64,000 bases of DNA from the NCBI GenBank assembly GCA_943704425.1, contig CALSCP010002399.1:119741-183740 (forward strand), written 5' to 3'. Position 1 is the first letter of the stretch. Each line of letters begins with the position of its first letter. Source of the DNA: Ministeria vibrans ATCC 50519 (Eukaryota; Protista; Filasterea). The position numbers and the translations under genes are program-made. Shown here in pieces: positions 43,735-54,366 of this stretch. A model generated the notes under the pieces. The model had not been told where the DNA came from and did no database searches. It saw only the letters and a program-made list of their open reading frames with translations.

Positions 43735-46700
43735 ATGAGCAGCCCTGAGTCGTGTATGTCTGTCTTCTTCATCAACCCCTCTTCCTCTCTCACACCCCCT
43801 CCCTCTGCTCTAGTACGACGCTCTGGGCGACGCAGAGCCACATCCAAAGTCGCTGTCAACTCTCCTCTGCCCACAAACGAACGATGCGACTCGGGTCCCG
43901 CCTGGAAGGCCGACGAACTCACAGCCTTCTTTACTGGTGCGATCTCCTTAAGTGCCTCTCTCTGCGATTTTGAATTGTTCCTTTTTTTTTTTGCATTTTC
44001 GTTTTTTTTCAAAAAAAAAAACATCCACCAAAAAATGTTTCGCCTCTTTTGAATAGAATGCCGGAAACGCGGAGGCGCGTCGCCCACGATATGGCCGCGA
44101 GATGTGATTGGGTCGTTCACTGGTCGAACGCCGGGCATGCTTCTGGCGCTGTACCGCTCGTACAGCGAAAGGTGCACACAGCGCAGTGTCACTCAAACGG
44201 TCGCACTCATCCTACAAGAACAAGAGGAAAGCGAACAGCTCGAGCAGGGCGATCGTCTTGATCGCGATCAGCAAGCCGCTGCCATGACGCTTGTCTCCGC
44301 AGCGCAGGATCGTCGCGCCATCTCGCCTCTGAAACGCACATACCAGGACAGCGACGACGAAGACGACGACGCTGCTGCTGCTGCTGCTGCACACACTGCT
44401 GCTGCTGCTGCTGCTCGTGGTGGTGGTGGTGGTGGTGGTGGTGGCGATGATGATGATGATGTCGACGATGACGACGACGACGCCTATACTCTCGACGAAT
44501 CGCTTCGCTCCAAGGGCCCCTCCGCTCGTTCCCGTTCGCGCAGTCGTTCCCCGTCGAAACGGTAATATACCAATGGATTGGTTTTTGTTTGTTTGTTTCC
44601 GACTAACGCCTCTTTCTCTTTCTCTCTCTCTCTCTCCTCCCTTTACCTCCTCTTTTTCACTCACACACATACACGCATTTTTGGTACTCATTCTATAGTG
44701 CCAAAGTATTTGACGCAGAGGCGGTACAGGCGTGCTCGGTGCGCATCCTCAACTTCCTCAAATTGCGTCAGTCTGTTTCGTTCTGTGCTCACGAGTGGTT
44801 CTACTCGTCCATCGATCAGCCCCTTTTTCGCGCCGAAGTCAGCGAATACCAAGACTGCCTCAACCGCTTTGGGTTCGACCGCATCTGTCGTGCGACTCGC
44901 ACCGAATGGACCTACATGCGCAATCGCATTGGCAAGCCCCGTCGTCTCTCGCACGCCTTCCTCGCGAGGTATATAGTCTATTATAACCCTTTAATGTGCC
45001 GGTTCAAGTTTTGACTGATCGAATGACACTCTCATAGTGAACGGGCAAAGTTGGACGAACAACGGACCAAAGTACGGGTGATCCAGCAGGGTAAAATGAC
45101 GCATGGCGACACAATGCCACGGGTGGAGATCCCACAGGCCATTCCGCGTCCGATTGTGGTGGGTCACCGGGTGACTGCGCTGTTTCACGGTGGACGCGAC
45201 GGGGGGCTCATGTACATGGGCAATGTTTTGGTGGCAGATGTGATGGCATCCACGTACAAGGTGCAGTTTGATCGACGGGAGTTGGGGATCAACACGCTGC
45301 CCGACACCCAAGTCATGCCGGTGGGCCAGCAGAAGCTCACGCCTGTCGCTGTGCTCACCCGTCGCAATGTACCGTCCAACTCAGTCGCATCAGCTGCCGC
45401 TGCCGCTGTGGGTGCTGCTGCTGGCAGTAGTGTGCACAGTGTTGGTAGTGCCGCCGTGGCCGGTGGCGGTGTGGGGGCCGGTGCTTATGCCACGTCGCCC
45501 CTCTTGCACCACCAACAACATCCCTACGCCTACTCACCCCAACAACTCCACCAGCGTGCGCAGGCCCACCAGCAACAACACCCGTACGCTCCGCAACAGC
45601 AACAGTATGCCTCCGGCCCGTCGTCAGCCACCCGTCGCTCCTTCCAGCACCTCACTGCCGCCGCCTCCCTTGACACCATGCAAAGTCCCATGACCATGAC
45701 CCAGGAGATCTTCAGTGCCGTCCAGGGCACCTCCACCCCAGCTGCTGCTGCTGCCGCCGCCGCCATCCAAAGCGGTCCGGTGCCTCCCGGCAGTGCCTCC
45801 ACCAACGCCAATGCTGCCGGCTACTACCCGCACCACCTCACCACCCCACAACAACACGGAGCACAGTCCTACAGCAACCCACACCAGCCACCGCATCACC
45901 GCACACCCTTCCCCACCACTCCTCACCGCCCCTTCAACAACCCCGGAAGCACAGGCATCCTTGCGTCCTCCTCCTCCGCCATTGGTACCCCCGGCGCCGC
46001 TCTCTACCCGTACTACACTGGCACCCCCACACGCAAGAAGATGCATCTTATGCTTGGCGACCTCATGTTGCCCCACATGGAACTTGACTTTGATCAACCC
46101 GAAATGCTCATTGGCGCTGACTCTCCCTATATGCTCTCCGACCTTGAACTTCTCGTAACACACAGAGAGAGAGAGAGAGATCACAAATAGATTGTGAGAG
46201 TCTCACTCGTTCGCGTTGTCTTTTTTTTCTTTTTTCCTGCTTTTTCAGGCTCGTTTGACAAAGATTCTCAATATGAAAGAGGCACTTGTGGATCAGCTGA
46301 GCTACATGAATGACCAAGGGGAGCAAATGGTATGGCACAAACAAACTGATTGGCCGACTTTCTGACGAACTGACACACAACTTCCTCGTATTCGCTTGTC
46401 TCCCTCATCTCCACCACTCACTTAGTTGGCTCTGGAGGAGTTCGCCAATGGACTCCCCGAAGACTTCAAGCAACACTACGCATGGACAATTGTGCAGCTG
46501 GACCAGACCAACCATGCACTGAAGCCGCTTGTGGTGCGTCTCGAGCAGCGCACCCGTCTGCCAAGCGAACAGCCTCTCCAGCCAGGTGTACCCCCTCCCC
46601 CCACCTTTGCGTACAACGGCGTGCGCACCGAGGTGGTCAAGCAGTGCGATGTCCGTGCTCTTGCCCTTGTCCGTAAGGTCCTTGGCCAGATTTCCGCCAC

Positions 46701-47238
46701 CTCACCAGTCACCACTCCACCCCCAACAACAACAACAACAACAGCTACCATCACGGCAGCACCCGCCTCTCCTTCCTCACACAAATCTGCCCCGGTGCCT
46801 CAGTCGTCGCCGTCCACTCGCGCCAACAAGGCCGCCGCGGCGTCTGCTGCCGCTGCCGCCGCTGCTACAACTGTCTCTGCCCTTGAGGTCCTCAGTACAA
46901 GTGCTGTGGCCGTTGCCAATGGCACTATGACCCAGGAGCCTGCGCGTGAGCTCACCTCTCTGGAGAGTCTTGTCGTGTCGCTCATCTCACTTCTTCTACA
47001 AGTGCGTGAGTGTGCCGAGCGTAAACTTAACGCTGCCGATGTGCGACGCACCTTCAACGACGCTCTTAAGCGCTGCAACACGCACGAGCAAAACAAGGAT
47101 GCCATCGACGAGCTTTCGTTGACGCTCCAGTCCATGGTCGCCTGCATCAGTGCTAGTGGTTCTCTCCAGGTAGGAATTGATTGTACGTGTATGTTGCATT
47201 GCAAACTCATCCTTCTGCGTTTTTGTATCTAGCCCTGA
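43735..47238 (+). CDS. LIN9: LIN-9 / ALWAYS EARLY (MuvB/DREAM subunit): N-terminal SANT-like segment, DIRP, Tudor-like, C-terminal helices
   Basis: HEWFYSSIDQPLF...TRTEW..MR..IGKPRRLS.AFL..ER..L...R.KVR.IQ; YKVQFDR.ELG...PDT.VM; FKQHYAWTIVQL..TN..L. Confidence 0.9.
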
Positions 47239-47577
47239 AGCGTTTATGGACACAGTCATGTTTCATAGCCCACCAACTGTCCTCCTGAATACAAAAACGT
47301 ATATTTTTTAGAATTAAGAAGAAATGAAGTGGAAAGTGCTCAAGCAAGGAGATGAAAATATTATCATAACAATCAATGAAGAGTTTTTTATTTCCTTTCT
47401 GAATGTACCGAGGAAAACAAGTCCATCGACCAACTGATCAGTGATCGATGATCATACACTTTTGAGAGTAGGGAGAATGGAGGCACTTGAGAAACTGTGT
47501 GTGTAACACCAAAACGTAATCCGACTTTGAATAATATTAATCAATTATTATTGTTAATTGGGTTTAACTCTTTTTTG

Positions 47578-50500
47578 ATGTCGCTCTGCGGCTCGAGTGC
47601 CTTCTTGCCCCCCTTTGACCCGACCACCGATGCCTTTTCGCCGTGCTTTCTTCACGTTGTGTTTGGCGCGGCGCCCGCCCTTGTGCTGCTCCTGCTGGCG
47701 ACGCTGGCGTTGGTGTGCCTTCCGCGCAGCTCGCGTCGCCTGCTACTCCGCCACCACTTGCCCCGAAGCACTGCGAGCGCCGTGCAGACATGCCTGCGTG
47801 CCGCCGTATCCATTGCGCTCTTGGGCGTGGCTGTGGCGGCCCTCGTTCAGCAGCTCTTCTCGGGGGTAGGCGATGCCTTCTCCGTTGTGTACATCACCAA
47901 CGGCGTGCGCGCGTCTGCCTGGCTTGCCGTCGCCTGCCTCGATGCCCTTCGCTGGCAGTGGCGCTGTCGACAGGCTGCGTTCCCCTGGTATCTTGGCGTG
48001 GCCATTGTACTTGCCACTGGTGCCCAGACGGTCATGCTCTATGCGGCCATCACCGACCCGGCGCAGGCCAATGCGCTGGGCTATGCCGTCGGCACACTGG
48101 CCCTCCTGCTGCTTCTCGTGCCCCTGGCCATCACTCGTCGTCTTGTGTGGCCCACCGAGCGCACCAGCATGCTGGACGTACGCACCGACGCTAACGACGA
48201 CGACGATGCGACCAGTGTGCTTCTGCCTTCCTCTCTCGCCGCATCACCACCGCTGCTGCCCGAAGAGGATGATGCCTCGTGGTTGTCGGCCCTGACCTTC
48301 CACTGGACGCAACCCATGATGCGTCTGGCGCACCGTCGTGGTCGACTTGAACACGAAGACCTCGTGGCGCTCCCACGACGGCTGCACACCGCCTCCATCG
48401 CCGCCTCCTTTCGTCACCTGCTTCGTCGTGACTCGCTCGTCAAGGCTCTTTTGAGTGCTTTTGGACGAAGTTACTTTCCACTGGGCATCCTCAAGTTTCT
48501 TTGCGATGCCCTTGGGTTTGCCGGTCCTCTGCTGCTCAACCTGCTTGTCTCGTACGTCGACAATGCGACGGAACCGCTCTGGCACGGACTCGTCTACGCT
48601 GCCGGTCTCTTCCTCTCGACGCTCCTCACCGCCATCCTCAACTCACAATACACCTTCCATGTCAATGTGGTTGGCTTGCAGGCACGCGTTGCGCTCATGA
48701 CCTCGATCTACCGCAAAGCACTCTACGTAAATGCAGGCAAGCGTACCACGGGCGACATTGTCAACTACATGAGCACCGACACGGACCGCGTCGTCAACTT
48801 CTTCCCCTCCTTCCACGCCTTCTGGTCGCTTCCCTTTCAGATTGCCGTCTCTCTCTATCTGTTGTACACCCAGGTGGGGCTGGCCTTTGTGGCCGGCGTT
48901 GCCTTTGCCGTTGCACTCATTCCCATCAACAAGTGGATTGCGTCGCGCATCGGTGTGTACAGCGAGCGCATGATGAAGCACAAGGACCTGCGTCTGCGTC
49001 TTGTCGACGAACTCTTTCACGGCATTCGCGTTATTAAACAGCTTGCGTGGGAACGCGTGTTTATGCGTAAGATCCAGGCAGTGCGTCAAGAGGAATTGGC
49101 AGCGCTCGCTGGCCGCAAGTACCTCGACGCACTCTGTGTGTTCTTTTGGGCGTCCACGCCCGTCCTCATCTCTCTTCTTACGTTTGTCACGTATGCGTCG
49201 CTGGGTCATTCTCTGTCGGCTGCCAAGGTCTTTACGAGCCTGTCGCTTTTCAACATGCTTATTGCGCCTCTCAATGCCTTTCCCTGGGTTCTCAATGGTC
49301 TTGTTGAGTCGTGGGTGAGCATCAAGCGACTGCGTCTCTTTCTCAACGAACCCGAAATCGATCCGGACACGTTTTACAGAAAAGAATTCGCTTCGGCACA
49401 GTCGAAACAGGAGGATCGTATAGAGCCTGCAGTGTGTCTTGTGGGGATAAATCTCGCGTGGCCCACTGCAGCGCCTGAGGCAACAGATGACAATGACGAC
49501 GCCAAGGCGGGTAGTAGTGTTACCCAAACAACGGAGGGACCGCACACTGTGTTGCGTCGTGTCACACTGAACGTCGCACGCGGTTCATTGGTAGGCATTT
49601 GTGGCCGAGTGGGTTCAGGCAAGTCGACACTGTTGAGTGCACTTGCCTGTGCAGGTCCCGCGACCACCGCTACGTCGGGTGGTGTTGATCCGCTGACGGT
49701 GAACAGCGGTGATGTGTACCTTCCGTCGCGCGTGCTTGGCTTGGGATATGTGCCGCAGAAGGCATGGCTGCAAAATATGACGGTACGCGAGAACATTCTG
49801 TTTGGGAGGGTCTTTCGAGCCGATTGGTATTCGCGTGTGACGCGTGCGTGTGCTTTGGAAACGGATTTTGCGCAGTGGAGCGCGGGAGACGAGACGGAAA
49901 TTGGCGAAGATGGTGTGAACCTGAGTGGGGGACAGCGGGCACGGGTGGCTCTTGCGCGCGCCTGCTACCAGGATGCCGATGTGTACCTGCTGGACGATCC
50001 ATTCAGTGCAGTTGATGCGACGGTCGGACGTCATCTGATGGACGAGTGTCTGCGTGGTCTGCTCCGCTCCAAGACGGTCATTGTTGCAACGCACCACGTG
50101 TCGTTTCTGTTGCAGGCGGACGCGGTGGTTTGTGTGGATCCGCTGGCACAGGAAAACATTGCGACGCACTCTTTGGAGCAGAACTTGTCTTTTCAGGAGC
50201 TGTTACGCGCAAGTGAAGGGAACGGAGAAGAGCGCTCGCACTTTCGTGAGGGTGTTCCAAAAGAGGAACGCAAAGGAGACGACGCAACAACACGTACAAA
50301 TATTGACAGCAAGGATAAATTGCCGCTCGCCTCGTCGTTGTCGTCGTCATCGTTGCCATTGGCAGCAAAGGACGGACGACTGACGACAACGGAGACACGC
50401 GAGACGGGCGCTGTGCGACGGTCTGTCTATGTTCGCTACCTGTTGGCCATTGGCACTGTTCTTGGACCGCTGGTGCTGGTTAGTCTTGCACTGATGCAGG

Positions 50501-52158
50501 CAAGTCGAAATGGCAGTGACTGGTGGCTTTCGTACTGGGTGGGTCACGAACAGTCGCTGTCGGTACAAAAGGGGCTGCATGTGTACGCGGCGCTTGGTGG
50601 TGCGTGTGCGCTGCTCACACTGGCACGTGCCTTTCTGTTTGCCGCTGGGGGACTGCGTGCGGCGCGACGTGTTCACGAGCAACTCTTGGATGCGGTGGTG
50701 GGGGGCACGGTGGCCTTTTTTGATGCGACACCCGTCGGTCGCATTGTGAACCGCTTTTCGTCTGATGTGTACGCCGTCGACGACTCGCTTCCGTTTATTG
50801 CCAACATTCTGCTGGCGCAGTCATTCTCCATTGCTGGCACAATTGTTGTTACTTGCTATGGTCTCCCTTACTTTGTCGCAGTGCTTGTGCCTCTCGCTGT
50901 CGTCTACTGGTACTTGCAACGCTACTACCGCAACGGCTCACGCGAGATCAAGCGCCTCGACAGCACTTCCCGCTCGCCCATTTACGCACACTTTTCGGAG
51001 AGTGTCTCGGGCGCGGCAAGCGTGCGTGCCTTTGCGGCGGTGCCTCGCTTTGTCGCCGACAACGAGCAGCGTGTGGATATTAATCAGCGTGCGAGCTATG
51101 GCAGTCAGGCCGCATCGCAGTGGCTCAACATGCGCCTGCAGGCCATTGGCGTTGTCATGGTCACGGCCATTGCGCTGCTTGCGGTTGGAGCGCACCATGT
51201 GCGAGCGGCCGAGGCGGGGCTGGTTGGACTTGCGCTTACCTATGCCCTGGGCATTACGGGTCTTCTTTCGGGTGTCGTGAACACGTTTACCGAGACGGAA
51301 AAGGAGCTGGTGTCGGTGGAGCGCATTGCGGAGTATTGTGCGACCATTGAACGGGAGGAAGTAGGGGAGGTTGAGGCACCCGAGCAGGAAAATTGGCCGG
51401 CACAGGGCGCACTGGCGTTTCACAATGTGTCCCTGCGCTACCGTGCTGGACAGCCATTGGCATTGGATGGGGTGACCTTTTGTGTGTCTGCTGGGGAGCG
51501 AGTGGGAGTTGTGGGGCGTACGGGGGCCGGGAAATCATCCCTGTTTAGTGTGCTTTTGCGCTGTGTGGACGTGTCCGAGGGTCAGTGTGTCGTCGACGGC
51601 TTGGACTTGACGCGCGTGCCGTTGAGTGTGCTGCGCAATCGCATTGGAGTGGTACCGCAGGAGCCGGTGCTGTTCACGGGCACTGTACGCGACAATGTGG
51701 ATCCGGATCGAGCGTACTCGCGCGAGCGTGTTGCCCACGCTCTTGAGGCATGTCACATTGCAGAGGAGCTGAAACGGCGCACGAGTGTGAAAGCGGGTGC
51801 TGGTGCGGATGACTGGCTTGAGAGTGTAGTAGAGACGGGCGGACGCAATTTTAGTGTGGGCCAGCGACAACTGGTGTGTTTGGCGCGTGCAGTGCTGCGC
51901 AACACACGCGTTTTGCTGGTCGACGAGGCGACGGCGAGTGTTGATGCCGAGACGGACCGTCTCATGCAACAGTGTCTGCGCCTTGAGTTTGCGCAGTGCA
52001 CAGTGCTCACCATTGCCCATCGTGTGTCCACCGTGCTCGACAGTGATCGTGTGCTTGTACTCAGTCGCGGACGCGTCGTTGAGTTCGATACGCCCGACCG
52101 TCTTTTGAGCAACGAGAGTGGTGTGTTCACCGGGATTGTAAATGAGGGTGTAAATTAA
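47578..52158 (+). CDS. ABCC10: ABC transporter subfamily C, MRP7-like, intronless
   Basis: TMD0 with SPCF; two TMDs; Walker A GRVGSGKS and GRTGAGKSS; signatures LSGGQRAR and FSVGQRQL; ABCC10-type motifs MSTDTDRVVNF, GRKYLDALCV.FWA, SRNGSDWWLSYW and VDDSLPFI.NILLA. Confidence 0.9.
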   Translation: MSLCGSSAFLPPFDPTTDAFSPCFLHVVFGAAPALVLLLLATLALVCLPRSSRRLLLRHHLPRSTASAVQTCLRAAVSIALLGVAVAALVQQLFSGVGDAFSVVYITNGVRASAWLAVACLDALRWQWRCRQAAFPWYLGVAIVLATGAQTVMLYAAITDPAQANALGYAVGTLALLLLLVPLAITRRLVWPTERTSMLDVRTDANDDDDATSVLLPSSLAASPPLLPEEDDASWLSALTFHWTQPMMRLAHRRGRLEHEDLVALPRRLHTASIAASFRHLLRRDSLVKALLSAFGRSYFPLGILKFLCDALGFAGPLLLNLLVSYVDNATEPLWHGLVYAAGLFLSTLLTAILNSQYTFHVNVVGLQARVALMTSIYRKALYVNAGKRTTGDIVNYMSTDTDRVVNFFPSFHAFWSLPFQIAVSLYLLYTQVGLAFVAGVAFAVALIPINKWIASRIGVYSERMMKHKDLRLRLVDELFHGIRVIKQLAWERVFMRKIQAVRQEELAALAGRKYLDALCVFFWASTPVLISLLTFVTYASLGHSLSAAKVFTSLSLFNMLIAPLNAFPWVLNGLVESWVSIKRLRLFLNEPEIDPDTFYRKEFASAQSKQEDRIEPAVCLVGINLAWPTAAPEATDDNDDAKAGSSVTQTTEGPHTVLRRVTLNVARGSLVGICGRVGSGKSTLLSALACAGPATTATSGGVDPLTVNSGDVYLPSRVLGLGYVPQKAWLQNMTVRENILFGRVFRADWYSRVTRACALETDFAQWSAGDETEIGEDGVNLSGGQRARVALARACYQDADVYLLDDPFSAVDATVGRHLMDECLRGLLRSKTVIVATHHVSFLLQADAVVCVDPLAQENIATHSLEQNLSFQELLRASEGNGEERSHFREGVPKEERKGDDATTRTNIDSKDKLPLASSLSSSSLPLAAKDGRLTTTETRETGAVRRSVYVRYLLAIGTVLGPLVLVSLALMQASRNGSDWWLSYWVGHEQSLSVQKGLHVYAALGGACALLTLARAFLFAAGGLRAARRVHEQLLDAVVGGTVAFFDATPVGRIVNRFSSDVYAVDDSLPFIANILLAQSFSIAGTIVVTCYGLPYFVAVLVPLAVVYWYLQRYYRNGSREIKRLDSTSRSPIYAHFSESVSGAASVRAFAAVPRFVADNEQRVDINQRASYGSQAASQWLNMRLQAIGVVMVTAIALLAVGAHHVRAAEAGLVGLALTYALGITGLLSGVVNTFTETEKELVSVERIAEYCATIEREEVGEVEAPEQENWPAQGALAFHNVSLRYRAGQPLALDGVTFCVSAGERVGVVGRTGAGKSSLFSVLLRCVDVSEGQCVVDGLDLTRVPLSVLRNRIGVVPQEPVLFTGTVRDNVDPDRAYSRERVAHALEACHIAEELKRRTSVKAGAGADDWLESVVETGGRNFSVGQRQLVCLARAVLRNTRVLLVDEATASVDAETDRLMQQCLRLEFAQCTVLTIAHRVSTVLDSDRVLVLSRGRVVEFDTPDRLLSNESGVFTGIVNEGVN

Positions 52159-52287
52159 TGATACGACGTATTATAAACTGTGCTTGTAATAATAACTAAT
52201 TAATATTGATAGTGTCACACGAAGTTGTATATTTTCTTCCTATCTTGAATATTATAAGTCATTTGCATTATATATTCATCAAGCTCA

Positions 52288-52557
52288 TCAGCAGTCACAG
52301 CAAATATAACAGGGACAGCAAAAGAGAATGCAGCATAACTTCTTGCAGCAGCCGTCGTTCTGTCGCCCGCTGCTCTTGCTGACATTGGTGTTTGTCACAT
52401 TGATCACGGGCTGCGCTGTGGGAGCTGGCGCGTACCCCTGTGGGGGCTGGTACGTCCCTTGGGGGGCCATGTAGCTGCCCTGCGGCGGCTGGTAGGAGCC
52501 CTGAGGCGCGTACTGCTGCGGAGGAGGATATGGAGTGTATGGTGCTGCCTGTGACAT
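52288..52557 (-). CDS. CYSTM-type small tail-anchored protein (P/Q/Y-rich head, Cys-rich tail)
   Basis: Repeated PQG.Y units followed by GCCKKLCCILFCCPCYICCDC*. Confidence 0.8.
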   Translation of the reverse strand: MSQAAPYTPYPPPQQYAPQGSYQPPQGSYMAPQGTYQPPQGYAPAPTAQPVINVTNTNVSKSSGRQNDGCCKKLCCILFCCPCYICCDC

Positions 52558-53699
52558 TTTAATATTATAATATTATTAAGACCTGAAAAAGAAAGAAAGA
52601 AATTAATTATTATTAGTAGTAATATTTCGGAAAGAAATCGAAAAATGAAAGAAAACCGAAAAAATATATTATGAGAAGGAGAGAAGAACGAACGCGAAGA
52701 ACGTATACAATGCATCCGCCATAGGCTAACCGCATTGCTCCGAAACGATGGAGCGCCTTATCGAAAAAGAAAAAAAAAAGAAAAATAAAAAAATTTGCAG
52801 AAAGACCATAAAAAAAACTTTTTGGTGAACAAACGACGAGTGTTTCAACAGCTGGTGTCTTTGGAATACAACCACACCTCGACCGGCATGCAAGAAATAG
52901 CCTTGAACCAGAGCAGTAAGGAGGTTTTGAAGTTTTTCCACGCGGATTGCTTGACTATGTCACATTGTGAAAACCGCCTCAGGAACACCCAAGCGCCCTT
53001 CCCGCGGCCCCCATACGCCCCCATTCATTGTATCATCCCACAGACCCCTTGAATGAGGGACGACAGTGGTCTTCTTGGCCATTTGAATGTGCAATCAGCA
53101 GTTTAGTTTGGGTTGGCGAAACCTTCTCGGAGAAAAAAAGCTCTGTTTCTCTCTCAATACACACACACACACACACTATGTATGAAATGTATGTATATAT
53201 ATATGTATGTGTGCAATGCGTTTTACTTGATGTTGGTGGCACTGCAGAGTGTCCGTGAAGACCAGGCAGGGGGAGGAGAGCAAAAAACACTGAATACTTT
53301 TGAGTTTTGATTTTTGGGGAGTTGAAAAAAATGAAAAAGTAGAAGCGAATTTTGTGGTAGCGCAGAGAGAAATTGAAGGAGGCGTCTATAATGCTCCGCG
53401 ATTGCATGGAACCGCAGAAGAGCATATACATGGGACTATGACGGAGTAGTGAGCACGTAGGCTGCTGTTTGGTGAATATATTCAAAGGTACATTTTCGGT
53501 ACTTTCGCTGAGCGTTCGCTTAATTTACAGAATTTTGCATTTTTCACGCGAAGGCTCGTTTGAAGCATTGTACTCCATTCGCGTGCGTTTAAAGTGCTGC
53601 TAGACAATACTCAATGACTCAAAACACTCCTGAGAGGGCGGCAGTCGTATCGATGCTAAGGAGAGGATATCAGAGGGCCAAACAAACGATACACTAAGG

Positions 53700-54300
53700 A
53701 TACACTAATTCGTCGACACACTTGAGACTTCCTTGAGACGCTCCTGCTCTCCATCCGATGCTAGCAGGCCTGCTGCTCCTCGCTGGGCAGTTGNNNNNNN
53801 NNNAGAGGAGGGCAGGAAGCGACACATGGCGAAAGTTGTTGAGACATCAAGACGGGTGCTGATCTACACCCGTGACAACTCCGTCAAGGTTGGTCAAGGC
53901 GGTGGAGGTTCGGTGGAGGGCCCGTGCGGTCATCGAAGGAGCGGCGAATGATCAGGACACCCACGCTCTCGCAGCCCACGAGCCTCTCGCCCGCTCCAGT
54001 ACAGGCTGTACTACCCACTGAAGCACATCCAAGCACTGCAACTGGATGCCGAAGAGGTCAGGACAAGCGCTGCTGCCGCACCGTTGAGACTCCGCTGGGG
54101 GATCGGTGCTCCGCATGAGCTCCGCACCCGGCACGAACTCGGCACCGGCACTTCACAGTTCACACCACCACTCGGCACCCACATATGCATATCCCCCCCT
54201 CTGAGGAGAAGGGAAGGTCTATGCCAATCGTCTCCACATTTCCGACGGTGCGACGGCCCACACGTTCCGATGTCGCGACTGTGGGAGTCCAAACGCTACC
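53700..54300 (+). pseudogene. Degenerate coding-like remnant, possibly a hAT transposase fragment
   Basis: GC-rich island with frameshifted pieces PSRLVKAVEVRW and RLYYPLKHIQALQLDAEEVRTS, resembling the hAT ..TRW and downstream L.PL....LQ segments; contains a gap. Confidence 0.3.
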
Positions 54301-54366
54301 ATCCACAACGATAAACAAGAAAAAAGGTTCGTACAACAATTTTATTGTAACTTTGCAGAGCTCTAT

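Noticed and set aside
53770-53835. HDV-like ribozyme (CTCCTCGCTGG ... TGGCGAA)
   Set aside because: P2 pairing cannot be formed and P1 would lie in the N-gap.
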